This document shows, one piece after another, positions 1-6,697 of a stretch of 9,928 nucleotides of DNA; position 1 is the stretch's first letter; each line of letters begins with the position of its first letter. The notes under the pieces are model-generated. The model ran no database searches, was not told where the DNA came from, and saw nothing but the letters and a program-made list of their open reading frames with translations. Position numbers and translations under genes: made by a program. Source of the stretch: a virus (taxonomy: Duplodnaviria; Heunggongvirae; Uroviricota; Caudoviricetes); IMG/VR virus record IMGVR_UViG_2531839207_000017; one strand, given 5' to 3'.

Positions 1-43
1 GATGCTCCATATCGTTCAGGTTTCCCGTTCCGTCCGGGTTCAT
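1..43 (-). CDS. W: Baseplate assembly protein W (GPW/gp25-like), first 14 codons only; gene continues beyond the left edge of the window
   Basis: ATG at 41..43 on the - strand, 17 nt downstream of the V stop, preceded by AGGA. Translation MNPDGTGNLNDMEH resembles the conserved N-terminus of P2 gpW-family proteins as I recall it. Position after V matches P2 synteny. Not in the ORF track because it is truncated. Confidence 0.5.
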   Translation of the reverse strand, partial: MNPDGTGNLNDMEH

Positions 44-60
44 TCCTGTGTAGCGGGTTG

Positions 61-642
61 TCACTGCGGGCCTCCTGTCGAATCGCTGCCACCTTTAACG
101 CCACCGTGTTTATGCGTATGCACTGTGATGCCGTTTGAGGTGAAATTGCCGCCGCTGTGCGTGATATTGCCGCTCATCTTTCCCCCTTTTGTGACGTCAA
201 GCGTCGCCGTTCTCAGAAGGTCTGTGCATTCCACGACGGGCGTGTCCAGTGTCACACTGACGGATGCCTGCAGGGTGGCCGTTTTCATGCCGCTGGCGCT
301 CAGTGCGCCTGCGTCCGCGTCGTAGCGGAACACCGCGCCATCCGGCGCGCTGACCACGATTTCTTTCAGGCTTTTGCCGGGGGCCGGATTGGCATCACTC
401 CACAGGCTGCCAATTATCATGGCGGTTTCCGGGTTGCCGCCAATGCAGGCAATTACCACCTGTTCGCCGGGTGATGGCGGCAGCCACACATTGAAGGCTC
501 CCGCGCGCGTGGTGTTCCAGCGCAACCAGCCTGTTTCCAGTTCGCCGCTGCGAACGCGCACGCACCAGGACTTCTCATCAACTTCAGAGATGATCCCAGT
601 GCGGATGATGTTGCTCAGCAGTCGCATGAGTTCTGCGCTCAC
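61..642 (-). CDS. V: Baseplate assembly/spike protein V (P2 gpV-like)
   Basis: 193-aa ORF. N-terminal ELMRLLSNIIRTGII and C-terminal GNITHSGG...SNGITVHTHKH motifs match the P2 gpV family from memory. GTG start at 640..642 with GGAGG 8 nt upstream; the start overlaps the S stop (GTGA). Confidence 0.85.
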   Translation of the reverse strand: MSAELMRLLSNIIRTGIISEVDEKSWCVRVRSGELETGWLRWNTTRAGAFNVWLPPSPGEQVVIACIGGNPETAMIIGSLWSDANPAPGKSLKEIVVSAPDGAVFRYDADAGALSASGMKTATLQASVSVTLDTPVVECTDLLRTATLDVTKGGKMSGNITHSGGNFTSNGITVHTHKHGGVKGGSDSTGGPQ

Positions 643-1274
643 CGTACAGCCTCCGCAATCCGGCCCAGTACCGTGTTATAAATCAGGCGTTCATCTGCCT
701 GACTGATACCCAGCAGCTCACGTACCGGGTAATCGGTGAAAATGCCCGGCGCAACCTGATCGCGCTCGCCGAACTGATGAACGCGTGCAATACGTGCGGC
801 CACGCCGCTGTAACCCACCGTCACACCGGAGGCATCCGCGCGGGCTTTCAGGTAACGGGTGGTGCGCAGTTTCACGAACATGGGGACGTGCTTTGTGCTG
901 TCCTGGTTGATACGCCGGGTGCGTATTTCCAGAAAACGGTCGATGTCATCCCGGTAAAACGTGCGGATATTGTTTTTATCCTCATCCCACCCGGTAATGG
1001 TTCGCCCGTATTTCCCCGTGTCGTGATGCCAGTTTTTCAGCGTGCGTGTTTCGTTATTCCAGATAAAGCGAATGCGCTCCTGTATCCGGGTTGCGCGGCG
1101 TCTGCGTGGTGTCCACGCGGTCCCGTCCGGCGCTTTCTGTGACCGGATACGCGCCTGCTGGGCGCGGCGTAAATCCTGTGCCAGCTTTCTGGCGATGTTA
1201 TTGATGGCCTGCTGATTCAGGCTGTCGCGGATGGCCTCAAAAGTTTCATCCACGCGAATGAATGCCTTATCCAT
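639..1274 (-). CDS. S: Tail completion / virion morphogenesis protein S-like
   Basis: 211-aa ORF between R and V, the position of P2 gene S. ATG at 1272..1274 overlaps the R 3' end by 8 nt. Family assignment rests on synteny and general resemblance; it is longer than I remember P2 gpS being. Confidence 0.7.
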   Translation of the reverse strand: MDKAFIRVDETFEAIRDSLNQQAINNIARKLAQDLRRAQQARIRSQKAPDGTAWTPRRRRATRIQERIRFIWNNETRTLKNWHHDTGKYGRTITGWDEDKNNIRTFYRDDIDRFLEIRTRRINQDSTKHVPMFVKLRTTRYLKARADASGVTVGYSGVAARIARVHQFGERDQVAPGIFTDYPVRELLGISQADERLIYNTVLGRIAEAVR

Positions 1275-1734
1275 CGCTTTCCCCCCACGTCACATCCTGG
1301 AATACATGCGACCAGTCGCCTTCGGAAGATGGCAGGCGGGGTTTTGGCTCCGGAAGGTGTTCTGCCTGCGGTGTGCCCTGACTGCTGCGCGTGATGCGAA
1401 CACGTTCCCGCAGGGGAAGCGTAAACAGGAGATCGGCGCTGTCATCGTCATTAATAACGGCAGAGAATTTGATGTCCTGATTACGCTCAGGGTTGAGCAA
1501 CAACTGTGGCTGATTTTCGGATAACCACGCCAGTAACGGCAGCGTGAGGTCGTCCAGCTCCCCGGCGTAATCCATGACAAACATCACCATCTGATAGCGG
1601 TAAACAAACGATGGAGTTTCTCCGGTCGTTTCAATGTTGCCGCTCTCCACGAAAATGGTGAATTTTTCCGGGTTGGCCTGACACCATCGGCATGAACGGG
1701 TCATGGCTTCACGCAGGGAATCAGTTTTCAGCAT
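1267..1734 (-). CDS. R: Tail completion protein R (P2 gpR-like)
   Basis: 155-aa ORF starting MLKTDSLREAM, very similar to the P2 gpR N-terminus as recalled and the same length class. Follows the spanin genes as in P2. Confidence 0.85.
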   Translation of the reverse strand: MLKTDSLREAMTRSCRWCQANPEKFTIFVESGNIETTGETPSFVYRYQMVMFVMDYAGELDDLTLPLLAWLSENQPQLLLNPERNQDIKFSAVINDDDSADLLFTLPLRERVRITRSSQGTPQAEHLPEPKPRLPSSEGDWSHVFQDVTWGESDG

Positions 1735-2041
1735 GGTTGTTGTCCTCGTTGTTCAGTCGTTGCAGCCTGCGCTGTTCCAGTAATTCAATGGCCCGTTTAT
1801 CCGCGTTACAGGTTTCAAGTGCATCCAGAAGGCGGTCGCCCCATATACCGAGATTTCCCCATGTGGGAGTATCAGGGAAGGGGGGAGGCATTACCGGTAT
1901 GGTCAGCGTCTGCGGTATAAGCCGGACTGACGGCGCTGGCCGTGGCGCGTTCTGCGTGCCTGCGCAACCTGTCAGTAAAACGAGCGTCAGGCAAAGCGTG
2001 GGCGCATTCATCTTTTGCAATATCGTTGCGTAGCTGTTCAC
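1721..2041 (-). CDS. lysC: Rz1-like outer-membrane spanin (o-spanin lipoprotein), LysC-like, overlapped with the i-spanin gene
   Basis: Translation contains a lipoprotein signal with lipobox LLTGC followed by a proline-rich mature region (PRPAPSVRLIPQTLTIPVMPPPFP). The ORF starts inside lysB in a different frame and extends past its stop, the overlapped architecture of P2 lysB/lysC. Start is ambiguous: GTG at 2039..2041 (GGAGAGG upstream) or ATG at 2009..2011 (gives 96 aa). Confidence 0.65.
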   Translation of the reverse strand: MNSYATILQKMNAPTLCLTLVLLTGCAGTQNAPRPAPSVRLIPQTLTIPVMPPPFPDTPTWGNLGIWGDRLLDALETCNADKRAIELLEQRRLQRLNNEDNNHAEN

Positions 2042-2279
2042 GTCTGGCCTCTCCGTCCTGATTTCGCTGTTGATTTTCCACGCGGAGTTGCGCCAGCACC
2101 TGCTGCATATCCTGTACCCCGGCGCTGATGATATTCAGGGTGTCGGCGGTACGTTTCAGGGTGCTGGCCTGCGCTTCGTTTCTGGCGTTCTCCCGGCCCA
2201 GCGACCATGACAGACGCATGGATGTTCCCCATGCGGCAATCAGAAGGAAAGCGACACCCAGCGTGGGCCAGAGCTTCAT
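1872..2279 (-). CDS. lysB: Rz-like inner-membrane spanin (i-spanin), LysB-like
   Basis: Start taken at internal ATG 2277..2279 (MKLWPTLGVAFLLIAAW...), which overlaps the endolysin stop (ATGA). N-terminal hydrophobic segment, then a Q/R/E-rich predicted coiled-coil region. The track's longer 183-aa version begins in the endolysin's alternate frame and is rejected. Confidence 0.7.
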   Translation of the reverse strand: MKLWPTLGVAFLLIAAWGTSMRLSWSLGRENARNEAQASTLKRTADTLNIISAGVQDMQQVLAQLRVENQQRNQDGEARREQLRNDIAKDECAHALPDARFTDRLRRHAERATASAVSPAYTADADHTGNASPLP

Positions 2280-2668
2280 GCCGGATAGGCTCCGTGTGGT
2301 AACTGAAAATGCGGTCCGTCTTTCAGGGTCTTCCAGTCGCCGCCCCATTCCACCGGAATATTCAGCTCCCGGCTGGCCTGTCTGAATGCTGCTGCGATTT
2401 TTTCGTACAGCGGCCATTCCCATGACACCTGGCTGCCGATATAAGCCACAACATCCACGGCATGTCCCGTAAGGTGGCGGCTGTTCATGGTCTGGCTCTT
2501 ACCCGTGGCCACAAGTTGCTTCTGGCGGTAACGGCTGCGCAACCCTTCGGTGATACCAAAATCCACTTCCGAAATTTCCAGTGCCCGTCGGGTCACTTTC
2601 ACCAGATCAGGATTTACGCCCTGCAAATTCTTTTCGCTCCGGCTGCTGAATTTAAATGTGTTGCTCAT
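2276..2668 (-). CDS. Endolysin, peptidase M15 family (zinc D-Ala-D-Ala carboxypeptidase / L-Ala-D-Glu endopeptidase type)
   Basis: 130-aa ORF with the M15 metal-binding signature SRHLTGHAVDV ... HFQLPH (His-Asp ... His). Strong RBS (GGGGGAAGGAGAAGGA) upstream of the ATG at 2666..2668. Sits in the position of the P2 K lysozyme but belongs to a different enzyme family. Confidence 0.85.
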   Translation of the reverse strand: MSNTFKFSSRSEKNLQGVNPDLVKVTRRALEISEVDFGITEGLRSRYRQKQLVATGKSQTMNSRHLTGHAVDVVAYIGSQVSWEWPLYEKIAAAFRQASRELNIPVEWGGDWKTLKDGPHFQLPHGAYPA

Positions 2669-2762
2669 TCGTCCTTCTCCTTCCCCCTGCGATTAAAGGC
2701 CGCAATAACCTTGTCGCGTGCTTTCTCTGCCCCCATAAAACCGATTGATGCGCCGATAAACG

Positions 2763-2987
2763 TCACGGCATCTTCAGGAAACCGAAGAAGCGCAACGACC
2801 CGGCCACGGCCATGGCAAGAACGCCGCACGCCAGCGATCCCGTTACGGTCTGAACCAGTGTTCGTCCGTCATAAAGACTCATCAGCGCGGAAATGCTGAC
2901 AGCCGCGCCTACTGCATACACCGTTGGCAGGTGGTCAAAGAGCCACGCAATAACCTGCTCTGTGATCCCTGTTTGAATGGTGCTCAC
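2763..2987 (-). CDS. Putative holin (two predicted transmembrane segments), in the gpY position
   Basis: The track ORF 2763..3206 overlaps gene X in an alternate frame. The plausible start is GTG at 2985..2987, just after the X stop and preceded by GGGGGAG, giving a 74-aa protein with two hydrophobic stretches (VIAWLFDHLPTVYAVGAAVSISALM and LVQTVTGSLACGVLAMAVAGSL). Assignment is by position and hydropathy only. Confidence 0.5.
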   Translation of the reverse strand: MSTIQTGITEQVIAWLFDHLPTVYAVGAAVSISALMSLYDGRTLVQTVTGSLACGVLAMAVAGSLRFFGFLKMP

Positions 2988-2989
2988 TG

Positions 2990-3190
2990 CTACTCCCCCC
3001 ACAACTGAATCATTTCTCGTTTCTTCTTCTCCGGCTCCGGCATCTCCACTTCCTGCCCGGCGTCCAGAAATACCTGCTGACAGAGTCCGGGGTTGGCATC
3101 CAGCACCTTTTCGGTGACGCCCTGCGTCGTGCCGTAGTACCGGAAACAGAGCGAATCCACGGTGTCGCCTTCCAGTGCCTTCACTTTCAT
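2990..3190 (-). CDS. X: Tail protein X (P2 gpX-like, LysM-like fold)
   Basis: From internal ATG 3188..3190 the product is 66 aa (MKVKALEGDTVDSLCFRYYGTTQGVTEKVLDANPGL...LWGE), closely resembling P2 gpX as recalled. The ATG overlaps the L stop. The track's GTG start at 3223 would add 11 residues. Confidence 0.75.
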   Translation of the reverse strand: MKVKALEGDTVDSLCFRYYGTTQGVTEKVLDANPGLCQQVFLDAGQEVEMPEPEKKKREMIQLWGE

Positions 3191-3684
3191 CAGCACAACT
3201 CCGCAAAGATTCGCGGGCGGCACAGAATGTCAGAGATGGCCCAGCTCACATCGCGCCACAAATCCGATGTCTGTATATCCAGTGCGTCCGCCCGGCGGTC
3301 GCCCTTGTCCGTTGTGTCCGCATCGCGGTAACGCTCCAGAATCAGGGCGCGTGTGGCGGTATAAACAGCATTGCGCCAGTGCCAGAGATTGACGCTTTCT
3401 CCGTTAATTACGGGTGCCGGAACATCGGCCAGCGTCTGATGGCCAGCCGCCTGCTGTTCCTGCTGCCATGCTTCCAGCTCGCGGGTAACGTGAGCCACCG
3501 CCCCGGTGGCGGTATGCAGCAGGCGGGAGGTGGTCACGCGGCCCGGCAGTCGTACCGCCAGACGCAGCTCACGCAGCACAATATCCGGCCAGAACGCCCC
3601 CGCAGAAATACGGGTATCGCCATCATCGGTATCGGTGATGTCATCCTCTGCGGGGCGGGTTTCGGTTCTGGCAACCATACTCAT
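3190..3684 (-). CDS. L: Head completion/stabilization protein L (P2 gpL-like)
   Basis: ORF between M and X. ATG at 3682..3684 has AGGAG 8 nt upstream. The track's GTG start at 3691..3693 overlaps that Shine-Dalgarno sequence and is less likely. Confidence 0.8.
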   Translation of the reverse strand: MSMVARTETRPAEDDITDTDDGDTRISAGAFWPDIVLRELRLAVRLPGRVTTSRLLHTATGAVAHVTRELEAWQQEQQAAGHQTLADVPAPVINGESVNLWHWRNAVYTATRALILERYRDADTTDKGDRRADALDIQTSDLWRDVSWAISDILCRPRIFAELC

Positions 3685-3696
3685 GGGGTTCACTCC

Positions 3697-3772
3697 TGAA
3701 AAAATCGGGCGGTGGGTGCGTGGTGTAAACGGTCACGGAGTCAAACCGGAACACCGCGCACGCCGCCCGCTG
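3697..3772 (-). terminator. Candidate intrinsic terminator / structured RNA element between M and L
   Basis: On the - strand, a GC-rich imperfect long stem (CGGGCGG...GTGCG... pairing with ...CACGCACCCACCGCCCG) is followed directly by ATTTTTTC and then the L ribosome-binding site. The stem is imperfect and the loop is large. Confidence 0.35.
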
Positions 3773-3785
3773 ACGGGGTCAGTCG

Positions 3786-4586
3786 TTAACCGCGCTTCGC
3801 CTTCTGCGTCGCGGTGGTTTTTCGTGTTGCAGGCTTCCGCGTTGTCTTTTTACTTTTGCTGCTTTCGTCCTGCGTCTGCTGTGCGCTGGCGTCTTCTGGT
3901 GCGGCTGCGGAATCGGCTTTTTTCAGGGCGCGGGAAAGGGTTGCAATCTCGCGTTTCACACCTGCGTTCGGGTTCAGGTGCATTGCTTCGCGCAGCAGCT
4001 TCAGTGACAGGGCCATGCTGTCCGCATCACTCAGACCACGACGGGCAAAGGCGCACGCCTTGCATAATTTGGCGCGCACTTCGTCCGGCATGTCCTGGTC
4101 GCTGACAATCTCCCGGAGGGTGTCCAGTGGTTCGATAAAGGCTGACAAATCCGCGTCGGCATCCGTCCCGGCCTGCGTCAGTACCGGGTTGCAGATTTCT
4201 TCGGTCAGCACTGTGGCAGCAGTACGGCCAAAGTTATCCGGCATGATGAGGTTGTGACGGACCACATACGCACCAATACGCAGCGCAAGCGGAAGATCGC
4301 CGCAGTCAATCGCCCACACCATCAGCGTGGCAATCACTTCGTCCTGTTGCCCGCCGTCAGCCTCCAGCGTTCCCTCAATCCAGCCGGAAAAGTCCGGCAA
4401 CAACTCTTTTTTGATGGCGGCTTTCGCGCTTCTGGCCTGTACGCCCTTAAGCCGGGCCTGTGCCAGACGCAGACGATACAGCACCTCTTCATGCGCGGTA
4501 CGCGCGGCGTGGTCCACGCCTTCAGTCGACCGGCCTGCGCGCTGTGCCATCACGTTCTGCCAGTGTTGCTGTGCAGGAGTAATCAT
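3786..4586 (-). CDS. M: Terminase small (endonuclease) subunit M (P2 gpM-like)
   Basis: 266-aa ORF starting MITPAQQHWQNV, with an internal DMPDEVRAKL motif identical to the P2 gpM family as recalled. GGAGAG RBS upstream of the ATG at 4584..4586. Basic C-terminal tail. Confidence 0.85.
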   Translation of the reverse strand: MITPAQQHWQNVMAQRAGRSTEGVDHAARTAHEEVLYRLRLAQARLKGVQARSAKAAIKKELLPDFSGWIEGTLEADGGQQDEVIATLMVWAIDCGDLPLALRIGAYVVRHNLIMPDNFGRTAATVLTEEICNPVLTQAGTDADADLSAFIEPLDTLREIVSDQDMPDEVRAKLCKACAFARRGLSDADSMALSLKLLREAMHLNPNAGVKREIATLSRALKKADSAAAPEDASAQQTQDESSKSKKTTRKPATRKTTATQKAKRG

Positions 4587-4603
4587 TTGTTCTCTCCGTT
4601 ACA

Positions 4604-4622
4604 GGCGGGCATGATGCCCGCC
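4604..4622 (-). promoter_or_regulatory. Perfect 9-bp inverted repeat (GGCGGGCAT g ATGCCCGCC) between the N stop and the M RBS
   Basis: Read directly in the sequence. Lies in the 45-nt N-M gap, with no U-tract following it on the transcribed strand. Confidence 0.3.
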
Positions 4623-4631
4623 GTGAGTTGA

Positions 4632-5683
4632 TTAGCTGTCGGCGAACTTCAGGCCAGTGACCATCGCGCACTTGCCATAGTCTTCAACGACATAAGCATC
4701 GTTGATGGACTGGTAGGTGGCGATGCGGTTGTATTCCGGCTCGTCTTTCATCAGGCGACGCATTGTTCCTTTCTGCCAGTAAATCGACAGGTTGTTGAAC
4801 GAGGTGATCAGCATCGTTGAATCCGGGAAGAACGGCGCAAGGAATACATCCAGCCCGCCAATGGCGCGCGATGACAGGATGAGCTGTCCGGCAAGTAATT
4901 CCGCATTGGGATTCTGGCCGCTGATGCTGTTCAGCACGGGCAGACGCAGCGAGTTAAACAGGTTGCGCCCCATAATCACCACGAGGTCGTCAGCTTCCTT
5001 GTGCCATTCATCCAGCAGGGATGAGCGCGCGTCCTGTACCAGTGCATCAGCGTTCGCATACTTACCCGCGTGCGCCACGGTGTTGTCCATGTTGCGGGAG
5101 GTCAGCGTTACATCATTCATAACGCGTTCACTGGCATCGGTTCTGATGTGCTCCAGCCAGCCCACGTTAACGTCCTGAAGCAGCTTGTTGGTGCTGAAGT
5201 TGGACTCATCTGCGTGAGACGTGCCATTGAAACCGATCATGATGCGGTCAAGCGCCACCTGCCGGGCAATCTGTGTGCTGACGCGGGACTGAAAATCAGG
5301 GTGTGCCGCCCAGGCATCAAGCTGCGGATACGAAATAAACGTGTCGTAGTTCACCTGTTCGCACTGGTATTTGCGGTTTTTCAGATCAACCACGTTATTC
5401 GGGTTACGGCGTTTTGTGCCGTCATAACTGGTATTCGTGCGCGCAATCGGCCCGGTGGTATCCAGGAGGATTTTTTCGCCTTTCTGGTCGGTCACACCGA
5501 ATACGTTAATTTTTTTGTAAATTCAGTGCTCTCCTTTACTGCGTTTTCAAAACGCTGCTGCACCGAGGGTTCTACGGTAAATCGCGATACCAGTGCAGAA
5601 ACCGGGATATTGTTAAGCGACGCCTGCTGCGCCATATAGCAACCCAGTTTGTTGCGGGTAATATCTGACATCACCAGATTCAT
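4632..5683 (-). CDS. N: Major capsid protein N (P2 gpN-like), reading frame interrupted at an A7 homopolymer (possible pseudogene, assembly error or recoding site)
   Basis: Two adjacent - strand ORFs (5492..5683, 63 aa; 4632..5495, 287 aa) together align to the P2 major capsid family (FTVEPSV near the N-terminus, DQKGEKI just after the break, YVVEDYG near the C-terminus). The frame changes at the A7 run on the coding strand (T7 at 5510..5516 on +). One extra A, or a -1 slip, restores TKK-INVFGVTDQKGEKI. ATG at 5681..5683 with AGGAG upstream. Confidence 0.8.
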
Positions 5684-5706
5684 AAAAAATTTGCTCCTTT
5701 GTCTTA

Positions 5707-6543
5707 TCAGAAGTCAGCCAGTTGGTCGGAGGCTGCGCCCGTTGCGGTGAACCGGTTCTGCGGATCGCCGTCCTGCGTGCGCAGTTCTTCCTTCAGTGCT
5801 GTCAGCTCTGTGGTCAGTGAAATGATTTTCTGACGGTCCTGCTTATGGCGGGCTTCCAGTGCATTAAAACGGTCGATAATGTCGGCCTGTGACGTTGCGA
5901 CGCCTTCCACCGCTTCCTGAATGCGGGAAAAACTGGTGTCATCCGCTTTGCGGCCACGGCTAATAATTCCCATTACGCGGTTAAACCACTGGGTGCCTTC
6001 TTCCTGGCGTTGTTCTGCCATTTCGATGATTTCAGACTCGATGGCTTCGGAGATAAGCGGTGCTTCACCCTGGGCACTGTTAAACGTCATTACCGCCTGA
6101 CGTTGCTGTGCCGTGAATTTCAGGCGCTCAGTGCCCAGGCTTGCCGGGGTGTCGGTCATCGCCAGCCCGACCAGATAGGCGCGCCCGTTGACGGAGAACT
6201 GCGGGTGCAGTTCGATACTGGAATAGATTTTCTTGCCGTCAGCGACAAGCTGCTTCATGCGCTCGGTCGGTTCGATTTCTGCATACAGCGCAGTACGCCC
6301 GGCCAGCGGACCTTCCGTAATGTCTTCCGTACTCAGTGCGGTGACATCGCCCATTGCGGAAAATTCGCTTGACGGGCATGGCGAGAGATAGTGCTCAACG
6401 TTCACGCGGGCAGCGTAAACATCCGGGTTGAAGTTCTCGGCGGCTTCACGCAGATGCACCGGACTGATTTCACGGCCATCAACAGTTGATCCGGAGACAG
6501 CCACGCGAAACTTTTTGCGGGATGTCTTTTTTTCATTAGCCAT
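5707..6543 (-). CDS. O: Capsid scaffolding protein O (P2 gpO-like)
   Basis: Start taken at ATG 6541..6543 (MANEKKTSRKKFRVAVSGSTVDGREIS...), with GAGGGG 8 nt upstream. The track's upstream ATG at 6576 has no RBS. N-terminal region resembles P2 gpO as recalled. Confidence 0.85.
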   Translation of the reverse strand: MANEKKTSRKKFRVAVSGSTVDGREISPVHLREAAENFNPDVYAARVNVEHYLSPCPSSEFSAMGDVTALSTEDITEGPLAGRTALYAEIEPTERMKQLVADGKKIYSSIELHPQFSVNGRAYLVGLAMTDTPASLGTERLKFTAQQRQAVMTFNSAQGEAPLISEAIESEIIEMAEQRQEEGTQWFNRVMGIISRGRKADDTSFSRIQEAVEGVATSQADIIDRFNALEARHKQDRQKIISLTTELTALKEELRTQDGDPQNRFTATGAASDQLADF

Positions 6544-6697
6544 AGTTTTTGCCCCTCTGACTGGTTCTTCAGTCATGATGGCAAAGCGTAACAGGCTGAT
6601 ACAAAGGGCTTTTGTTGTAAGAAAACAGTCAGAACAGGGGGTTAAGGAGAACGGTTTCGCGCGCGGGTAATCTTCCTGTAATTACTCAGGGGGAGCA
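6544..6697. promoter_or_regulatory. Divergent control region between O (- strand) and P (+ strand); expected site of the two late promoters
   Basis: A 154-bp intergenic region between divergently oriented operons. In P2 the late promoters PP and PO sit here and are activated by Ogr. I could not locate a canonical TGT-N12-ACA site. There is an imperfect palindrome ACAAAGGGCTTTTGT at 6601..6615 and TA-rich -10-like hexamers near 6670..6685. Confidence 0.45.

Noticed and set aside
1-642. + strand ORFs 2..325, 157..474 and 374..706
   Set aside because: Antisense to the V and W coding regions; no RBS or recognisable motifs.
2280-2423. N-terminal 48-residue extension of the lysB ORF in the track (start at 2423)
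   Set aside because: That segment is the alternate frame of the endolysin 3' end. The internal ATG at 2277..2279 gives a typical i-spanin with an N-terminal TMD and an ATGA overlap with the endolysin stop.
2988-3206. N-terminal 73 residues of the track ORF 2763..3206 (holin frame extended through gene X)
   Set aside because: Overlaps gene X in an alternate frame and is Arg/Gly-rich. The GTG at 2985..2987 with a GGGGGAG RBS is the sensible holin start.
3506-4631. + strand ORFs (3506..4105, 3814..4257, 4254..4631, 4327..4614) overlapping M and L
   Set aside because: Antisense to well-supported P2-like genes. Products are Arg/Ser/Cys-rich with no recognisable features.
5492-5540. Treating the two capsid ORFs as two separate genes
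   Set aside because: Both fragments align contiguously to one protein family and join at a homopolymer. A single gene with a 1-nt frame discontinuity is the simpler explanation.
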